Shown here in pieces: positions 49,149-59,869 of a stretch of DNA of 64,000 nucleotides. This stretch comes from Kiritimatiellia bacterium (GTDB lineage: Bacteria > Verrucomicrobiota > Kiritimatiellia > RFP12 > UBA1067). Location: positions 672,001 to 736,000 of the forward strand of contig JBMNFY010000017.1 in the NCBI GenBank assembly GCA_050949565.1, in the 5' to 3' direction. A program made the position numbers and the translations under genes. The notes under the pieces are model-generated. The model saw nothing but the letters and a program-made list of their open reading frames with translations, ran no database searches and had not been told where the DNA came from. How positions within the stretch are numbered: the stretch's first letter is position 1; every line of letters starts with the position of its first letter.

Positions 49149-52015
49149 ATGCGAAAACGCCTCTTTCATACCCCTTCAAGCCGGTCGCCCGTGCGGCACC
49201 GCGGTTCAGCCCTGTTGATTGTGCTGGGCTTCTTGAGCTTCATGGTCATCAGTGCGGTCTCGTTCGCCATCTACATGCGTACCGAACGCCAAGCCTCTTC
49301 AAACTACCGCCATGCGGTCAACGCACGCCACCTGCTCAATCTCGGTCTCGTCCGTGCCATGGAAGAGGTGGACTCCGAGTTGCGGCTCAAATCCAACACG
49401 AGCCTGAAGTTCCCGGATTGGCCCGGTCGCGTGCTGGTCTCGGCTATCCCCGCCAGTGACGATGACGTGCAACGAGATAGCGATGCGCGCGTGCTCTCGC
49501 TGGAGGCGCTGAGTTTCCTGCCGCCCTTCTTAGTCAATGACGTGCGGCGTTATGCGTACAGAGCAGGACGAGCGACGAGGTTTACAAGGGCGCCAAGTGG
49601 CGCTTGTTCAGCAGCGGCATCGAGGGCGAAGACGCCAGCGGTTCAGTGGTCGGCCGCTACGCCTATGTCTGTGTCAATGTCTCCGACATGCTTAACGTGA
49701 ACGCATGCAGGGCACAGTACCGTGACGTCGCCACCAACCGGGTCAGCCTCGGCCATCTTTTCAACGGCGATGGCCAGCGTCAGGACTTCGACAACAATGC
49801 TCGGGACGACGGTCACTACTTCTCACTGCAGGATTTTTATTCGGCACGTTATGAGCGGGACAGCAGTGTCCTGAGCAGCCCATTCCATAACTACGTCATA
49901 GGGAATAGCGGTTTCACGCCATTCGACAACGGGGGGCTGTTGAAGCAAGTCTTCATCACCGACGGCATCGCCAAACCCCAGCCGACCGCACAGGATGCCT
50001 GCAACATCTGGCTCAATCCGCCGATTGAAAACATGCTCCTAAATAACAAAACGCCGCACCCGAGCCAACTGGCGGGCGCGGTGAACAATGAGTTTTGGAA
50101 GGCGTTCACCCACTCAGACCTCTTCCCGGGGACCGACGAACAGGTCATGGCGGCACTGCTGAAAGATTATATCGACACGGATAACGTGCCCTCCCTGCTC
50201 AATGCGCCCTGCTTGGAAATGGTGCCGATGATCAGTCAGGTCACCATCCCGAAAAACATTATGAAGTATTCGGTCACCAGCCGGGCCGAGGGCGGAGCAC
50301 AGGGACAGCCCCAAGTCACGGTGTACACGCTCCACCTTTTGGATGAGACGACGCTTGAGTTCCCGATCCAGGTTGAGGTTGTCTGGCCGTTCAAAAACAC
50401 GCAGTATAGAGGGCTGGCGCCCCAACAATACTCGCTGGAGGTCGAAGCGTTTCTTGTGGTGGACAAAAACGGGGCTGAACGAAACACAAGGGGCTTCCAG
50501 AACAAGGGTGAGTGGCTCCGGCTGACGATGTCCGGCGGAGGCTCGATCCCCCCCGTTTGGAACCAGAAAATCGTAAACGAGAACGATTGTTTTAGAGTCG
50601 TCGATGCAACCCTGAAAGCCAATCTGGCTGACGTCTCGTTCGATGTGATGAGAGATGCGGAGTATCTAAACGGCTTCACGGCAAACTTCAGGGTGTCGCT
50701 CTGCATGTTCGTCCGTATCAAAGAGGGGAACGTCTGGGTCGACAGCGTACCGCATTACCCCCCTGTCAACCCCTTGCCAGACACGGAAATAGGCACCAAC
50801 CCCAAGCTTTATTTCCAGACCGCGTCAATCGCGTTGGCCCCCGGGGTGATCGTTCCCACCCCTTACGCATGGGATTGGACAAACCTCGAAGTGGCTGATC
50901 CGCGCTTTAATCACAACGCCTCAAACTGGGTCAAAAACGATAACGAGGAATACCCGATCACGGCCGGTATAAACAAATCCACCCTGGATATCCGCACGTC
51001 GCTCGAAGGCCGTGACGCCGACATTTTTATGTTCGTCGCGAATACCGGCGTATTGCAGTCTCCCGGCGAGTTGGGTTTTATCATCCGGCCGCACAATTTT
51101 AAAAACTCAGCAGACCCAGCCCGTAACTTCAACACTGAGACCGAGCCAGCAGAAAAAGAGAACATGTTCCGCACCATCAGGTTGTATGACCATGGCGGTG
51201 CCGGTGCCAACGAAAAAAGGGACGAGGTCTACAAGCATTTCTATGCCATGAGTCCGGACGGCACGTTGCCCGGTGCGCGCGTCAATCCGCTTTCGGATAT
51301 TGACGAGGTGCTGGAAGCCGCGATCTGGGGTACGCCGCTGGACTACTGGATCGCCTCGACCAACAACGGTCTCACCGAAGTGCAACGCAAGGACCTGACA
51401 TTCACGCGCGACAATAGCTATTTCAACACGACCTCGCCCAACGACAGTAATTGGCAGAGTTTCCGCGGCAAATGGAGAGATGGGATGGAAAAAGCGATGG
51501 AGCCAGGAGGCAACCCAAACAACCCGAACAAAATATGGAGCCGGTCCCTGGCTGATTACTACGGCGACGAGTCGTATTTCAAGTGGTACGATGAAGACCG
51601 TATGAAAATCTTTGGCACCACCGTGCCGAACAATCTGCACGAGATCGACCGCAAGATGCTCTACTCGTTCTCGCTCGACTCCTTCTCGGACCGTCAGCAA
51701 CTCTTCCTCTACTTCGTCCGCGCCGAAACCACCGTACCGACATTCGGCAGCGCCGGAAAAGTCAACATGCAGTCCTTGGCCGGCAGCCGCGCTGTGGCGC
51801 TGGTCTGGCGTGATCCCTACCCACGCGGATTTGCAAAGGATAACGACACCAATAACGACAATGACACGATGGACAAGAAGACCGAATGGTATCCGGACAA
51901 TCGGAACACCGATTTCGAGTCGCCTTGGAAGCGGTATCCCGGATCTTCCAGTACCGCGCGTCATGCTACGCACCACGATACCCGCGTGCTCTTCTTCAAA
52001 CAGCTCGGGCAATAA
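49149..52015 (+). CDS. Large PilX/GspK-like protein (Verru_Chthon A-like); -1 frameshift near 49556
   Basis: HRG/SALLIVLGFLSFMVISAVSF...R.ER; GRYAY...NVS..LNVN. Restoring one G (GCG GTA) joins ORFs 49149 and 49604 into about 955 aa. Confidence 0.8.
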
Positions 52016-52060
52016 AGCTGACGCGCACGCTTTGCTCGGCTTCAGGTTTCATTTTTTGAC

Positions 52061-53302
52061 ATGATTGACAGGATTGACAGGATTTGGAGGGCGAGTGTCC
52101 CCACGAGCCGCCTTTCGCTGTGCGGAAGGCTGGTTTCAGGCTTCATGGCTGCGACCGTCATGGCGGCGATCGCCGTCTGTGCGGCTGAATCGGGAGCGCA
52201 AACCGGAGTCCCGGACGTGCTCAAAACCGCAGCCGGAAAACCGGTCACCACCGTCGAGACGTGGGAACAGGTGCGCCGGCCCGAAGTGCTGGAACTTTTC
52301 AAAACGCATGTCTTCGGACGCAATGCCGTCGAACGGCCGTCAACGCTACGCTTTGAGCCGATCGAACCGGACCGCGAAATGATGGAGGGCAAGGCGCTGC
52401 GCAAACGCGTCAACATCCGTTACAGCGGGCCGGGCGGCGAAGGCGCGATCGCCCTGACCGCCTTCATCCCCAAAGCCGCGCAGCCGGTGCCGGCCTTTGT
52501 GCTGATCTGCAACCGCTCGTCTGCCAAGCATATCGACCCCGACCGCCTGACGAAGAACCCCTTCTTCCCGGCCGAGGAGTTGGTCGCGCGCGGCTATGCG
52601 GCGCTGGCGTTCCATAACGGCGACGTCGACCCCGATTTCCACGACGGCTTCACCAATGGCGTACACGCGGTGTTCCAGCCTGATCCCTCCGTGCGCAAAC
52701 CCGACGCCTGGGGCACCATCGCGGCTTGGGCGTGGGGCGCGAGCCGCGTGATGGACTGGATCGAGACGCAACCCACCATCGACCGCACGCGCGTCGGCGT
52801 AGTGGGCCATTCGCGCGGCGGCAAGACCGCGCTCTGGTGCGGCGCGACCGACACCCGTTTTGCTCTGACAATCTCCAACAACTCCGGTTGCGGCGGAGCG
52901 AAGTTCAACCGCATGGCGCTGCCCAAGTCTGAGAGCATCGCCCGCATCAACAAGTCCTTCCCGCACTGGTTCTGCACAAATTACAAGCAGTACGGCGACA
53001 ACGAAGACGCGCTGCCGGTAGACCAGCACATGCTGGTCGCGCTGATCGCCCCGCGCCTCGCGTATGTCGCCTCAGCCACGCTGGACGACTGGGCCGGTCA
53101 GCCCGGCGAGTTCCACTCCTGCCTGCTCGCCTCCCCCGTATGGCGTCTCTATGGCCAGCAGGGTTTGGTCGGGGAGACTCTTCCCGCGCCCGACACGCCG
53201 TTGCATCAGGGGCGCGTCGGCTACCATCTGCGCACCGGCAAGCATGACCTTACCCTCTACGACTGGCAGCGCTTCATGGATTTCGCGGACAAACACAAGT
53301 AA
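52061..53302 (+). CDS. CE15-like glucuronoyl/acetylxylan esterase (alpha/beta hydrolase)
   Basis: WEQVRRPEVL, WGTIAAWAWGASRVMD, GHSRGGKTALW, SGCGG, LPVDQHML.ALIAPR. Start at 52061 or 52145. Confidence 0.88.
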   Translation: MIDRIDRIWRASVPTSRLSLCGRLVSGFMAATVMAAIAVCAAESGAQTGVPDVLKTAAGKPVTTVETWEQVRRPEVLELFKTHVFGRNAVERPSTLRFEPIEPDREMMEGKALRKRVNIRYSGPGGEGAIALTAFIPKAAQPVPAFVLICNRSSAKHIDPDRLTKNPFFPAEELVARGYAALAFHNGDVDPDFHDGFTNGVHAVFQPDPSVRKPDAWGTIAAWAWGASRVMDWIETQPTIDRTRVGVVGHSRGGKTALWCGATDTRFALTISNNSGCGGAKFNRMALPKSESIARINKSFPHWFCTNYKQYGDNEDALPVDQHMLVALIAPRLAYVASATLDDWAGQPGEFHSCLLASPVWRLYGQQGLVGETLPAPDTPLHQGRVGYHLRTGKHDLTLYDWQRFMDFADKHK

Positions 53303-53372
53303 GAGGTGATGTGTCTCTTAACCATGAAGCACATTAAACTTCATGAAAATCGGGGAATCCCTTTTTTAGGTT

Positions 53373-55598
53373 TTACCGTGTGTTAGCGGGTAACCGGCGG
53401 CGGTATGCATCTTTGTAAAGTCCGATCTTGTCGAACGGGATCGGCTCGAACACCGGTAGCTCTTTCAGCAGGCGCGCACCGCGACGCAGTGTAAGATCAC
53501 CGGCCGCGCGGTCAGTAAAGCCGAGATCAATCGGGTTGTCAGCCGTGCCGGCCAAGCACGTAAAGCCCTTAATCCCATCGGCCATCGCAATGCCGTTGGT
53601 CGCACCCGAGGTGTTGACCGCCAGATTGTCGGTAATCTCGAACTTGTCGAGCAGCTTCTTGACGTTCCCGTCGAAATCACACACTTGGCGGGTGCAATCG
53701 ACAAACACATTGCGGCGGATCGGATTGTACAGCGGCTCGCGCGGTGAATCATTCATGATGGTCGCCAAGCGCGGATAACGCACACTCCACGGCGGCTGGG
53801 TATAGTTGAACACCCGCGCCTTGGCATCCAAGCACCAGCTCGGATCGTTGGTATTGTTCCAATGCTTCCAGGTCATGCCGCGCGAATCGATGTGCAGGCC
53901 GATGGGGCAATCCACCACCAGATTGTTGAGCACCGGGTTATCGCGCCCGCCACCAATCATCAACGCCCGGCCGGCGCGGTAAAAGACGTTGCCTTCCAGC
54001 GTGTCGCCGCAGTCGCAGTCGTCCAGATAAATGCCCATCGTGTTCACATGCTTATCATCGCCGCCACCGAGATTATGGATAAAGTTGTGGCGCAGGATGT
54101 TGCCTTGGCTGGTCCAATCGCGTCCGGTGTAGAAGGCACCGGCGTCACCGGTCTCCATGACGACGCGGTAAATCTCGTTACGCTCGAAGCGGTGCTCGTT
54201 GCCGCCATAGAGAATCGCGTTGTGCGGAGCGTCGTGGATGCAGTTATTGCGCACAAGCTGGCCGCAGCCCTGAGCGCCGATGCCGGGCGCATAGGTCCGC
54301 TGGAAGAGACCATAATGGTGTATGTGATTGTTCTCGGCCAGATTACCGGCCGGTGTCAGTGTCTTGCGGTCGCCACCGTTAAGCTGGATGCCGTAAGTAC
54401 CAAGATTGAAGAGGTCGCAGGAGCGTATCGTGTTGGCGCGACCATTGACCGAGACTCCGCCGCCAGCGAAATTGGCGATCACGCAACCGGCGATCTCGAC
54501 CTGCTCGGCGTTTCGCAATGAGAGGCCCGAGGCATGTCCGTACTCAAAGGCCAGTTCGATAAAGGCCACATGGCGTGCGCCGTCGATTTTGACCAAGGGT
54601 TCGGTCAGGGTAGCCAGCACGATCGAGGCATCTTTGAGCGGGCTTTCCGGATAGAAGTAGAGGCGTTTGGCGGTGCGATCCAGATACCACTCGCCCGGCG
54701 CGTCCAACTCTTCCAGTACATTCAGCGCGAAGAAGCGGCGCTTGGCCGCGCCCCATGTTCCGCTCATGATGCCGTAGTTGTGCGGTGCCGCCAGTGTGAT
54801 GATCCGCTTTTCGCGGTCATACGCAGCCACGCGGATCACCTCGTCAAACCAGTCGTGCGTCCAGTAGCCGAGCAACCACACCCCCTGCTCAAGATTCCAG
54901 CGCTCGGGACGCGGATCATCGAACACGAACGCGCCGGGCCGTGCCTTGCGCAACGCGGGGTCCGGGGAATCGGGCTTGGGCAGGCCAGAGTCCACCGCCT
55001 TGGAGAAGCTAGCCCAACCGGCCTCGGGCGCGTCAGCGTTAGGCCAGCGCGCCAGCGTCATCGGACGCCGGTCGACATAAAGCCAGGGTGCCGCCGGCAC
55101 GCCGCGATAGGCGGTCTTGAACGGCGGCAGCGCGTCGGGCACCAGACGCGACAGGTCGCAGACCCGCACCTGCTCGCGCACGGATGGATCAAGCCGCGCC
55201 AACACGGCGGGATCGGTCACTGCCGTAAAGTCGGCGGCATCCAGCGTGATACCGCCGTGCAATCGCGCCTGCCCACGCTTCTGGGCGCGGTAGACCACCG
55301 GTGCGCCCTCGCTGCCGCTATCCTCCGCTGTCAACTCAAATGCAGCCTGCTGCCGGTAGACGCCCGGTCCCACAAGCACCGTGACCGCCTCGCCACTCGC
55401 CAGCGATCCATCCTTACGCGCCGCGCGGATCGCATCGCGTGCCTGCTCCAGAGTTTGGTGCGGCCGCCGCCGGCTACCGTCGCCGCCGGCTTCGGCTTCC
55501 GTGGCGACATAGATGTTCCGCTCCGCAAAGACGCACGCCGCCGCACCCGACACCAGCCACGCCGCCACCACACGCAAACGCTTTCGCCGCATCATCAT
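53373..55598 (-). CDS. Secreted right-handed parallel beta-helix protein (putative glycoside hydrolase or lyase)
   Basis: IYVA...GDGS..P..TLEQARDAIR, GVY, LARWPN, GYW..DWFD, LDAPGEWY, repeated NN.IH, GIYLDD. Confidence 0.82.
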   Translation of the reverse strand: MMMRRKRLRVVAAWLVSGAAACVFAERNIYVATEAEAGGDGSRRRPHQTLEQARDAIRAARKDGSLASGEAVTVLVGPGVYRQQAAFELTAEDSGSEGAPVVYRAQKRGQARLHGGITLDAADFTAVTDPAVLARLDPSVREQVRVCDLSRLVPDALPPFKTAYRGVPAAPWLYVDRRPMTLARWPNADAPEAGWASFSKAVDSGLPKPDSPDPALRKARPGAFVFDDPRPERWNLEQGVWLLGYWTHDWFDEVIRVAAYDREKRIITLAAPHNYGIMSGTWGAAKRRFFALNVLEELDAPGEWYLDRTAKRLYFYPESPLKDASIVLATLTEPLVKIDGARHVAFIELAFEYGHASGLSLRNAEQVEIAGCVIANFAGGGVSVNGRANTIRSCDLFNLGTYGIQLNGGDRKTLTPAGNLAENNHIHHYGLFQRTYAPGIGAQGCGQLVRNNCIHDAPHNAILYGGNEHRFERNEIYRVVMETGDAGAFYTGRDWTSQGNILRHNFIHNLGGGDDKHVNTMGIYLDDCDCGDTLEGNVFYRAGRALMIGGGRDNPVLNNLVVDCPIGLHIDSRGMTWKHWNNTNDPSWCLDAKARVFNYTQPPWSVRYPRLATIMNDSPREPLYNPIRRNVFVDCTRQVCDFDGNVKKLLDKFEITDNLAVNTSGATNGIAMADGIKGFTCLAGTADNPIDLGFTDRAAGDLTLRRGARLLKELPVFEPIPFDKIGLYKDAYRRRLPANTR

Positions 55599-56932
55599 AG
55601 CTCCCCCTCTCCTCCTCTCATCTCACCCAATTCTTTTACAACATCCGGCAAATCAGCGTATTTCCGCCACTGGTTCAATGACGCCCAACTCGACAGCAAG
55701 GTTCCGTCGGACCATGCCTGAATGATCACGCCCTTCAGTTTCGCGCCACTGATCCGTTCTCGTCCACGCAGGGTGTAATAGTAGTAAACCCGCTCCGAGA
55801 TTTCATCGGACTGCAACGTCACACGCGTGATCTTGCCAGGGTCCAGCGTGACCGTCTGCTCCTTCTTGTCGACCACCAGATCGCGCTTGGAAGAGGCGTC
55901 GCCAATGAAGAATGCCTTCAGCGTAATCGGCCGGGACTCATCGCCCAGCCCCCGCAGTTCAACACCATATGTGAGCGAGCGCCGCCGACTGCGATCATAA
56001 TACCATTGGCCGCCCAAATCGCCGGACTGTCCCACGCGCACGCAACGCATAAACAGCAAAGACTTCGTGTCGGCGGCGGCCGCACTTTCGCTGGCGGACT
56101 GCGACGCGGGCTTGGGCGACGCCTGCTGCAACACAAGCGCGATTTTCTTTCCGCGCAACGGCTCGCCGCCGCGCCTGACCTGTCGAAGCATGTAGGGCTT
56201 AACCACTGAGGGGAACACCTCGACCGCTACCGGCTCGGCATCCTCAGGCAACTCATAAAATGCGCAGTAGAGCTTAGAAAAACCGGGCTGGAGCGCATCA
56301 ATACCGGCAAAAAGCGTGCCCTCAGGAATGTAGTACTGGGCCATACCGCGCTCGGCCTGCGTGAAGACGCGCCCCTGACGATCATGCAGTATAGGCGCGG
56401 GGATTTCGACCGGCGCACGCGAATCGTTCTTCACGCGGTAGGTGACAAAGATGAACTTGCCGTCAGTCGTCAAGGCATCGCCGACCCCGTCACGGCGCGG
56501 CAAGATTCTCTTCCCCAGCGCGTCGATCGATTCGATCTTCCAGGTCGTGTCCTCCTTGAGTTCCACCGGCGCACCGTCGGTCACCGCGTGATCGACTACC
56601 AGTACCGCGCTGTCGCGATACGTGACCTCATCCGAGGAGCCCGACTCCACATAGCCGGGGCCGAGTCGCTCGCGCTTAAAAACGACTTTGATCTCGCGCG
56701 GCTCATAGGTGATCTCCGCGACGTACGCACGGTCCGCATCGCACAGCGCATCCAGCTTGGCCTGAACCGTAACGCCATCCTTGCGTTTGAGCGTAACAAC
56801 CCCGTTTTCCTCTTTGACGAACGAGGCTTCAATAGCGCTCCCCCCTGTTTTGCCCTTCCACGCGCGCACCTCGTTTTCCGCTCCAGCCGCGCATGCCAGC
56901 ACCATCCCTACAACACAGATCATTCGGCGCAT
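55595..56932 (-). CDS. Secreted protein with N-terminal SHD1-like domain and DUF4352-like Ig domain
   Basis: RAWK..TGG..IEASFV....VTLKRKDG...LDALCDADRAYV (SHD1 pattern); GKFIFVTYRVKN...L.DRQGRVF. Confidence 0.65.
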   Translation of the reverse strand: MRRMICVVGMVLACAAGAENEVRAWKGKTGGSAIEASFVKEENGVVTLKRKDGVTVQAKLDALCDADRAYVAEITYEPREIKVVFKRERLGPGYVESGSSDEVTYRDSAVLVVDHAVTDGAPVELKEDTTWKIESIDALGKRILPRRDGVGDALTTDGKFIFVTYRVKNDSRAPVEIPAPILHDRQGRVFTQAERGMAQYYIPEGTLFAGIDALQPGFSKLYCAFYELPEDAEPVAVEVFPSVVKPYMLRQVRRGGEPLRGKKIALVLQQASPKPASQSASESAAAADTKSLLFMRCVRVGQSGDLGGQWYYDRSRRRSLTYGVELRGLGDESRPITLKAFFIGDASSKRDLVVDKKEQTVTLDPGKITRVTLQSDEISERVYYYYTLRGRERISGAKLKGVIIQAWSDGTLLSSWASLNQWRKYADLPDVVKELGEMRGGEGEL

Positions 56933-57203
56933 GATGATTGTTCTCCGTTATGATTCTGCCAGTGTAGCAGATTGCGTTTTCCGCAACCAAACTCTTTTCT
57001 CATTCTACACAGAAATAGAGGTCTCTGGCGATCCCTGTGCAGGGAAAGGTGAGGCGCACACCCCGCCCTCAGTTGAGAAGACACCGATTCGCGTCAGATT
57101 GGCCCACGAAAAAAATATCGCATCGGCTTGCCTAGCATGACGGAATCCGGTAAACTTCATGGTCTTTATTCAACAGCGATGAAGCGAAACTAAGGAAGCG
57201 ACA

Positions 57204-58073
57204 ATGCCAGTGATTCTGGGTTTGCCTAAAGGAAGTTTGCAGGACGCGACTTTCAACATCATGCGGAAAGCGGGATTCAACGTGCAGGCGGGCGAGCGCT
57301 CGTATGCGCCGAGCGTGGATGATCCCGAGCTTCAATGCCGCCTGATTCGTCCGCAAGAGATCTCTCGTTACGTCGAGCTTGGACTGCTTGACGCGGGCAT
57401 CACCGGCTACGACTGGATCTACGAAAACAACTCTGACGTGCATGAAGTCTCGGAGATGCGCTATTCCAAGGCCACCTCGCGCCCGGTGCGCTGGGTGCTC
57501 GCCGTCCCTAATGACTCGCCGATCCAAGGCGTCAAAGACCTGCAAGGTAAACGCATCGCCACCGAGGCGGTCGGGCTGGCCAACCGCTATCTCGCCCAAC
57601 ACGGCGTCACCGCCGAGGTCGAGTTTTCTTGGGGCGCCACCGAAGTCAAAGCGCCCGAGCTGGTCGACGCCATTATAGAGCTGACCGAGACCGGCTCTTC
57701 GCTGCGCGCCAACAACCTGCGCATCGTCGATACGATCCTGACCTCCACCACGCGCCTGATCGCCAACAAGAAGGCGTGGGCGGATGCCGCCAAACGCGAA
57801 AAAATCGAACAGCTTTCGATGTTGCTGCAAGGCGCGCTGGCCGCCGAATCGCGCGTGCTGCTCAAGTTGAATGTGCCGGCTGCACAGCTTGAGACCGTCA
57901 CCGAGATTCTTCCAGCGCTGCACGCGCCGACCGTCAACAGGCTCAACGATGCCGATTGGTTCGCGGTTGAGTCGGTGGTTGACGAAAAGGTCGTGCGCGA
58001 TATCGTTCCGCCGCTACGCGCCGCCGGCGCCACCGGCATCATTGAACTGCCTTTGAAAAAAGTCATCTTTTAA
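57204..58073 (+). CDS. hisG: ATP phosphoribosyltransferase (long form)
   Basis: GLPKGSLQ, RPQEI..YV..G.LDAGITG.D, RIATE, SWGATE, DAI.ELTETGSSLRANNL, C-terminal regulatory domain. Confidence 0.96.
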   Translation: MPVILGLPKGSLQDATFNIMRKAGFNVQAGERSYAPSVDDPELQCRLIRPQEISRYVELGLLDAGITGYDWIYENNSDVHEVSEMRYSKATSRPVRWVLAVPNDSPIQGVKDLQGKRIATEAVGLANRYLAQHGVTAEVEFSWGATEVKAPELVDAIIELTETGSSLRANNLRIVDTILTSTTRLIANKKAWADAAKREKIEQLSMLLQGALAAESRVLLKLNVPAAQLETVTEILPALHAPTVNRLNDADWFAVESVVDEKVVRDIVPPLRAAGATGIIELPLKKVIF

Positions 58074-58132
58074 CACACAACACCGCGTGACGGCCCGGGC
58101 GGGCGGTCGCGCGTCATTCCAGGAGAACAAAC

Positions 58133-58228
58133 GTGGGTTCGATTAAGAAGAAACGCCGTGCGAAGATGTCTAAGCATAAGCATCGGAAACGCCTGAAGGC
58201 GCAGCGGCACAAGAACAAGAACAAGTAA
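58133..58228 (+). CDS. Small basic AURKAIP1/COX24-domain protein (ribosomal bS22-like), 31 aa
   Basis: AGGAG then GTG: MGSIKKKRRAKMSKHKHRKRLKAQRHKNKNK*; below the ORF-track size cutoff. Confidence 0.85.
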   Translation: MGSIKKKRRAKMSKHKHRKRLKAQRHKNKNK

Positions 58229-58351
58229 GGCGCGCACGGACGCGCACATGTGCTGGAAGACGGCTGGGGAGCGCCTTCCACGCTTGCTATTCTGGAACGC
58301 CGGTCCGCGCATCCGCCGCGGCCGGCCTTTACCCATCACGGGAGAAACGAC

Positions 58352-59869
58352 ATGAGACCGATTCGACACGCCGCACATAGACGGCCGATCGAATCGGCCT
58401 TTGTCGCTTCTTTTCTGTTTTGTATGGCGTTGGCCTGCGGGTGCACGTTCTTTCAAGCACCGACACCTGCCCCTCTCTCTTTCACGCTACCGGAGCACGA
58501 GGCGCGTCAGGCCGGAGCAATGGCACTCTACGCCAAGGGCATCCTGTTGGAGAGCAGCACGCAAGGCGATGCCAACACAAACCGGCAAGCGGCTTGTGAG
58601 GCCTTCCGTCAGGCGGTCGTGTTGGATCCCGACAACCGGCGTCCGTTGGAAGCGCTCGTCAGCGCCTTGAAGGACGACAAGCGTTTCGCCGAAGCGCTGG
58701 AGGCCCTCGAGCCTTTTCTTGCTCGCCATCCTGAAGAGATCGAACTGCGTTTCGAAGCGGCGCGCCTGGCCGAAGCCAGCGAGCGCCTCGACGACGCCGC
58801 GCGCCATTGCGCCGTCCTCTTCGCATTGAAGCCCGACCATCGCGAGTTGGGACATGCCCTGATCCGGCTCTATTTCCTGGCCGACCGCGTCCCTGAAGCG
58901 CTGGATGCCATGCGCGAAATCCACACCCGTTTCAACGACACTAAGAGTGCCTCCCTGCCGTTGCAATGGGCCATTCACTTCACGCAGGAAGGTTCGCAGA
59001 CCGCCGATCGCGCGCTCGCCTGCCTTGATCTAGCCCTGCCGATGCGCACCAACGCGGCCGAGCGTGCCGCAATCCTGACCCTCACCGCTGAAAACCGGTT
59101 GCTTCTCGGCGAAACCAATATAGCGGAAACCATCTTTCTCGACGCCTATCACCTGAATCCCGCAGTTAACACGGCCATCATGCGGCTCGGCGCGCTCTGG
59201 TCGACGCGTCCGGACGCCACCAACCAACTCGCCCACCTGATCCGTACGACGCCGGACGCCTATGTCGAGCGCCTCATCCTGACCGCGACCCATCAGGCGC
59301 TCGGCCAGTTCAACATTGCGGCTGACGTACTCAGCGACACCTATGCCTGGCGCATGCGGCAAGGCTACTTCCCCAGCGAAAACGTCTACCTCTGGCATGC
59401 CGCGTTACTTGAGACCACAAAACGCATACAGGCGGCTGAGCGAGTCCTGCGGGACGCCATCGCCGCCTATCCGCACTCCCCCGAACTCAAAAACTTCCTT
59501 GCCTACCTCTGGGCCGAAGCGGGCACGCATCTGGATGAGGCCGATCGCTTGGTGACCGACGCCCTCCGGCAACGCCCCGAGAACGCCGCCTATCTCGATA
59601 CCAAGGGGTGGATCCTTTACAAATTGGGGCGGCATTACGAAGCGCTGCAGTGGCTGCTGAAGGCCGCCGAACTCGACAAAGAAGAGCCTGTGATCCTAGA
59701 TCACGTCGGCGATGCCCTCAAGTCCATCGGCCGCGATAGCGAGGCGATTCTCTTCTGGAGCCGCAGTCACCACTTCGACCCCCGCCCCGAGGTTGAAAAA
59801 AAACTGCGCGCCCACAACGCCTTCCCCCTAGGGCGGGGAAGCCCGCAGCCCAATCATGTCGAAAAATGA
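58352..59869 (+). CDS. Tetratricopeptide-repeat (lipo)protein
   Basis: Lipobox-like LACGC; TPR motifs; C-terminal NFLAYLWAE...P.NAAYLDTKGWILYKLG...VILDHVGD. Confidence 0.88.
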   Translation: MRPIRHAAHRRPIESAFVASFLFCMALACGCTFFQAPTPAPLSFTLPEHEARQAGAMALYAKGILLESSTQGDANTNRQAACEAFRQAVVLDPDNRRPLEALVSALKDDKRFAEALEALEPFLARHPEEIELRFEAARLAEASERLDDAARHCAVLFALKPDHRELGHALIRLYFLADRVPEALDAMREIHTRFNDTKSASLPLQWAIHFTQEGSQTADRALACLDLALPMRTNAAERAAILTLTAENRLLLGETNIAETIFLDAYHLNPAVNTAIMRLGALWSTRPDATNQLAHLIRTTPDAYVERLILTATHQALGQFNIAADVLSDTYAWRMRQGYFPSENVYLWHAALLETTKRIQAAERVLRDAIAAYPHSPELKNFLAYLWAEAGTHLDEADRLVTDALRQRPENAAYLDTKGWILYKLGRHYEALQWLLKAAELDKEEPVILDHVGDALKSIGRDSEAILFWSRSHHFDPRPEVEKKLRAHNAFPLGRGSPQPNHVEK

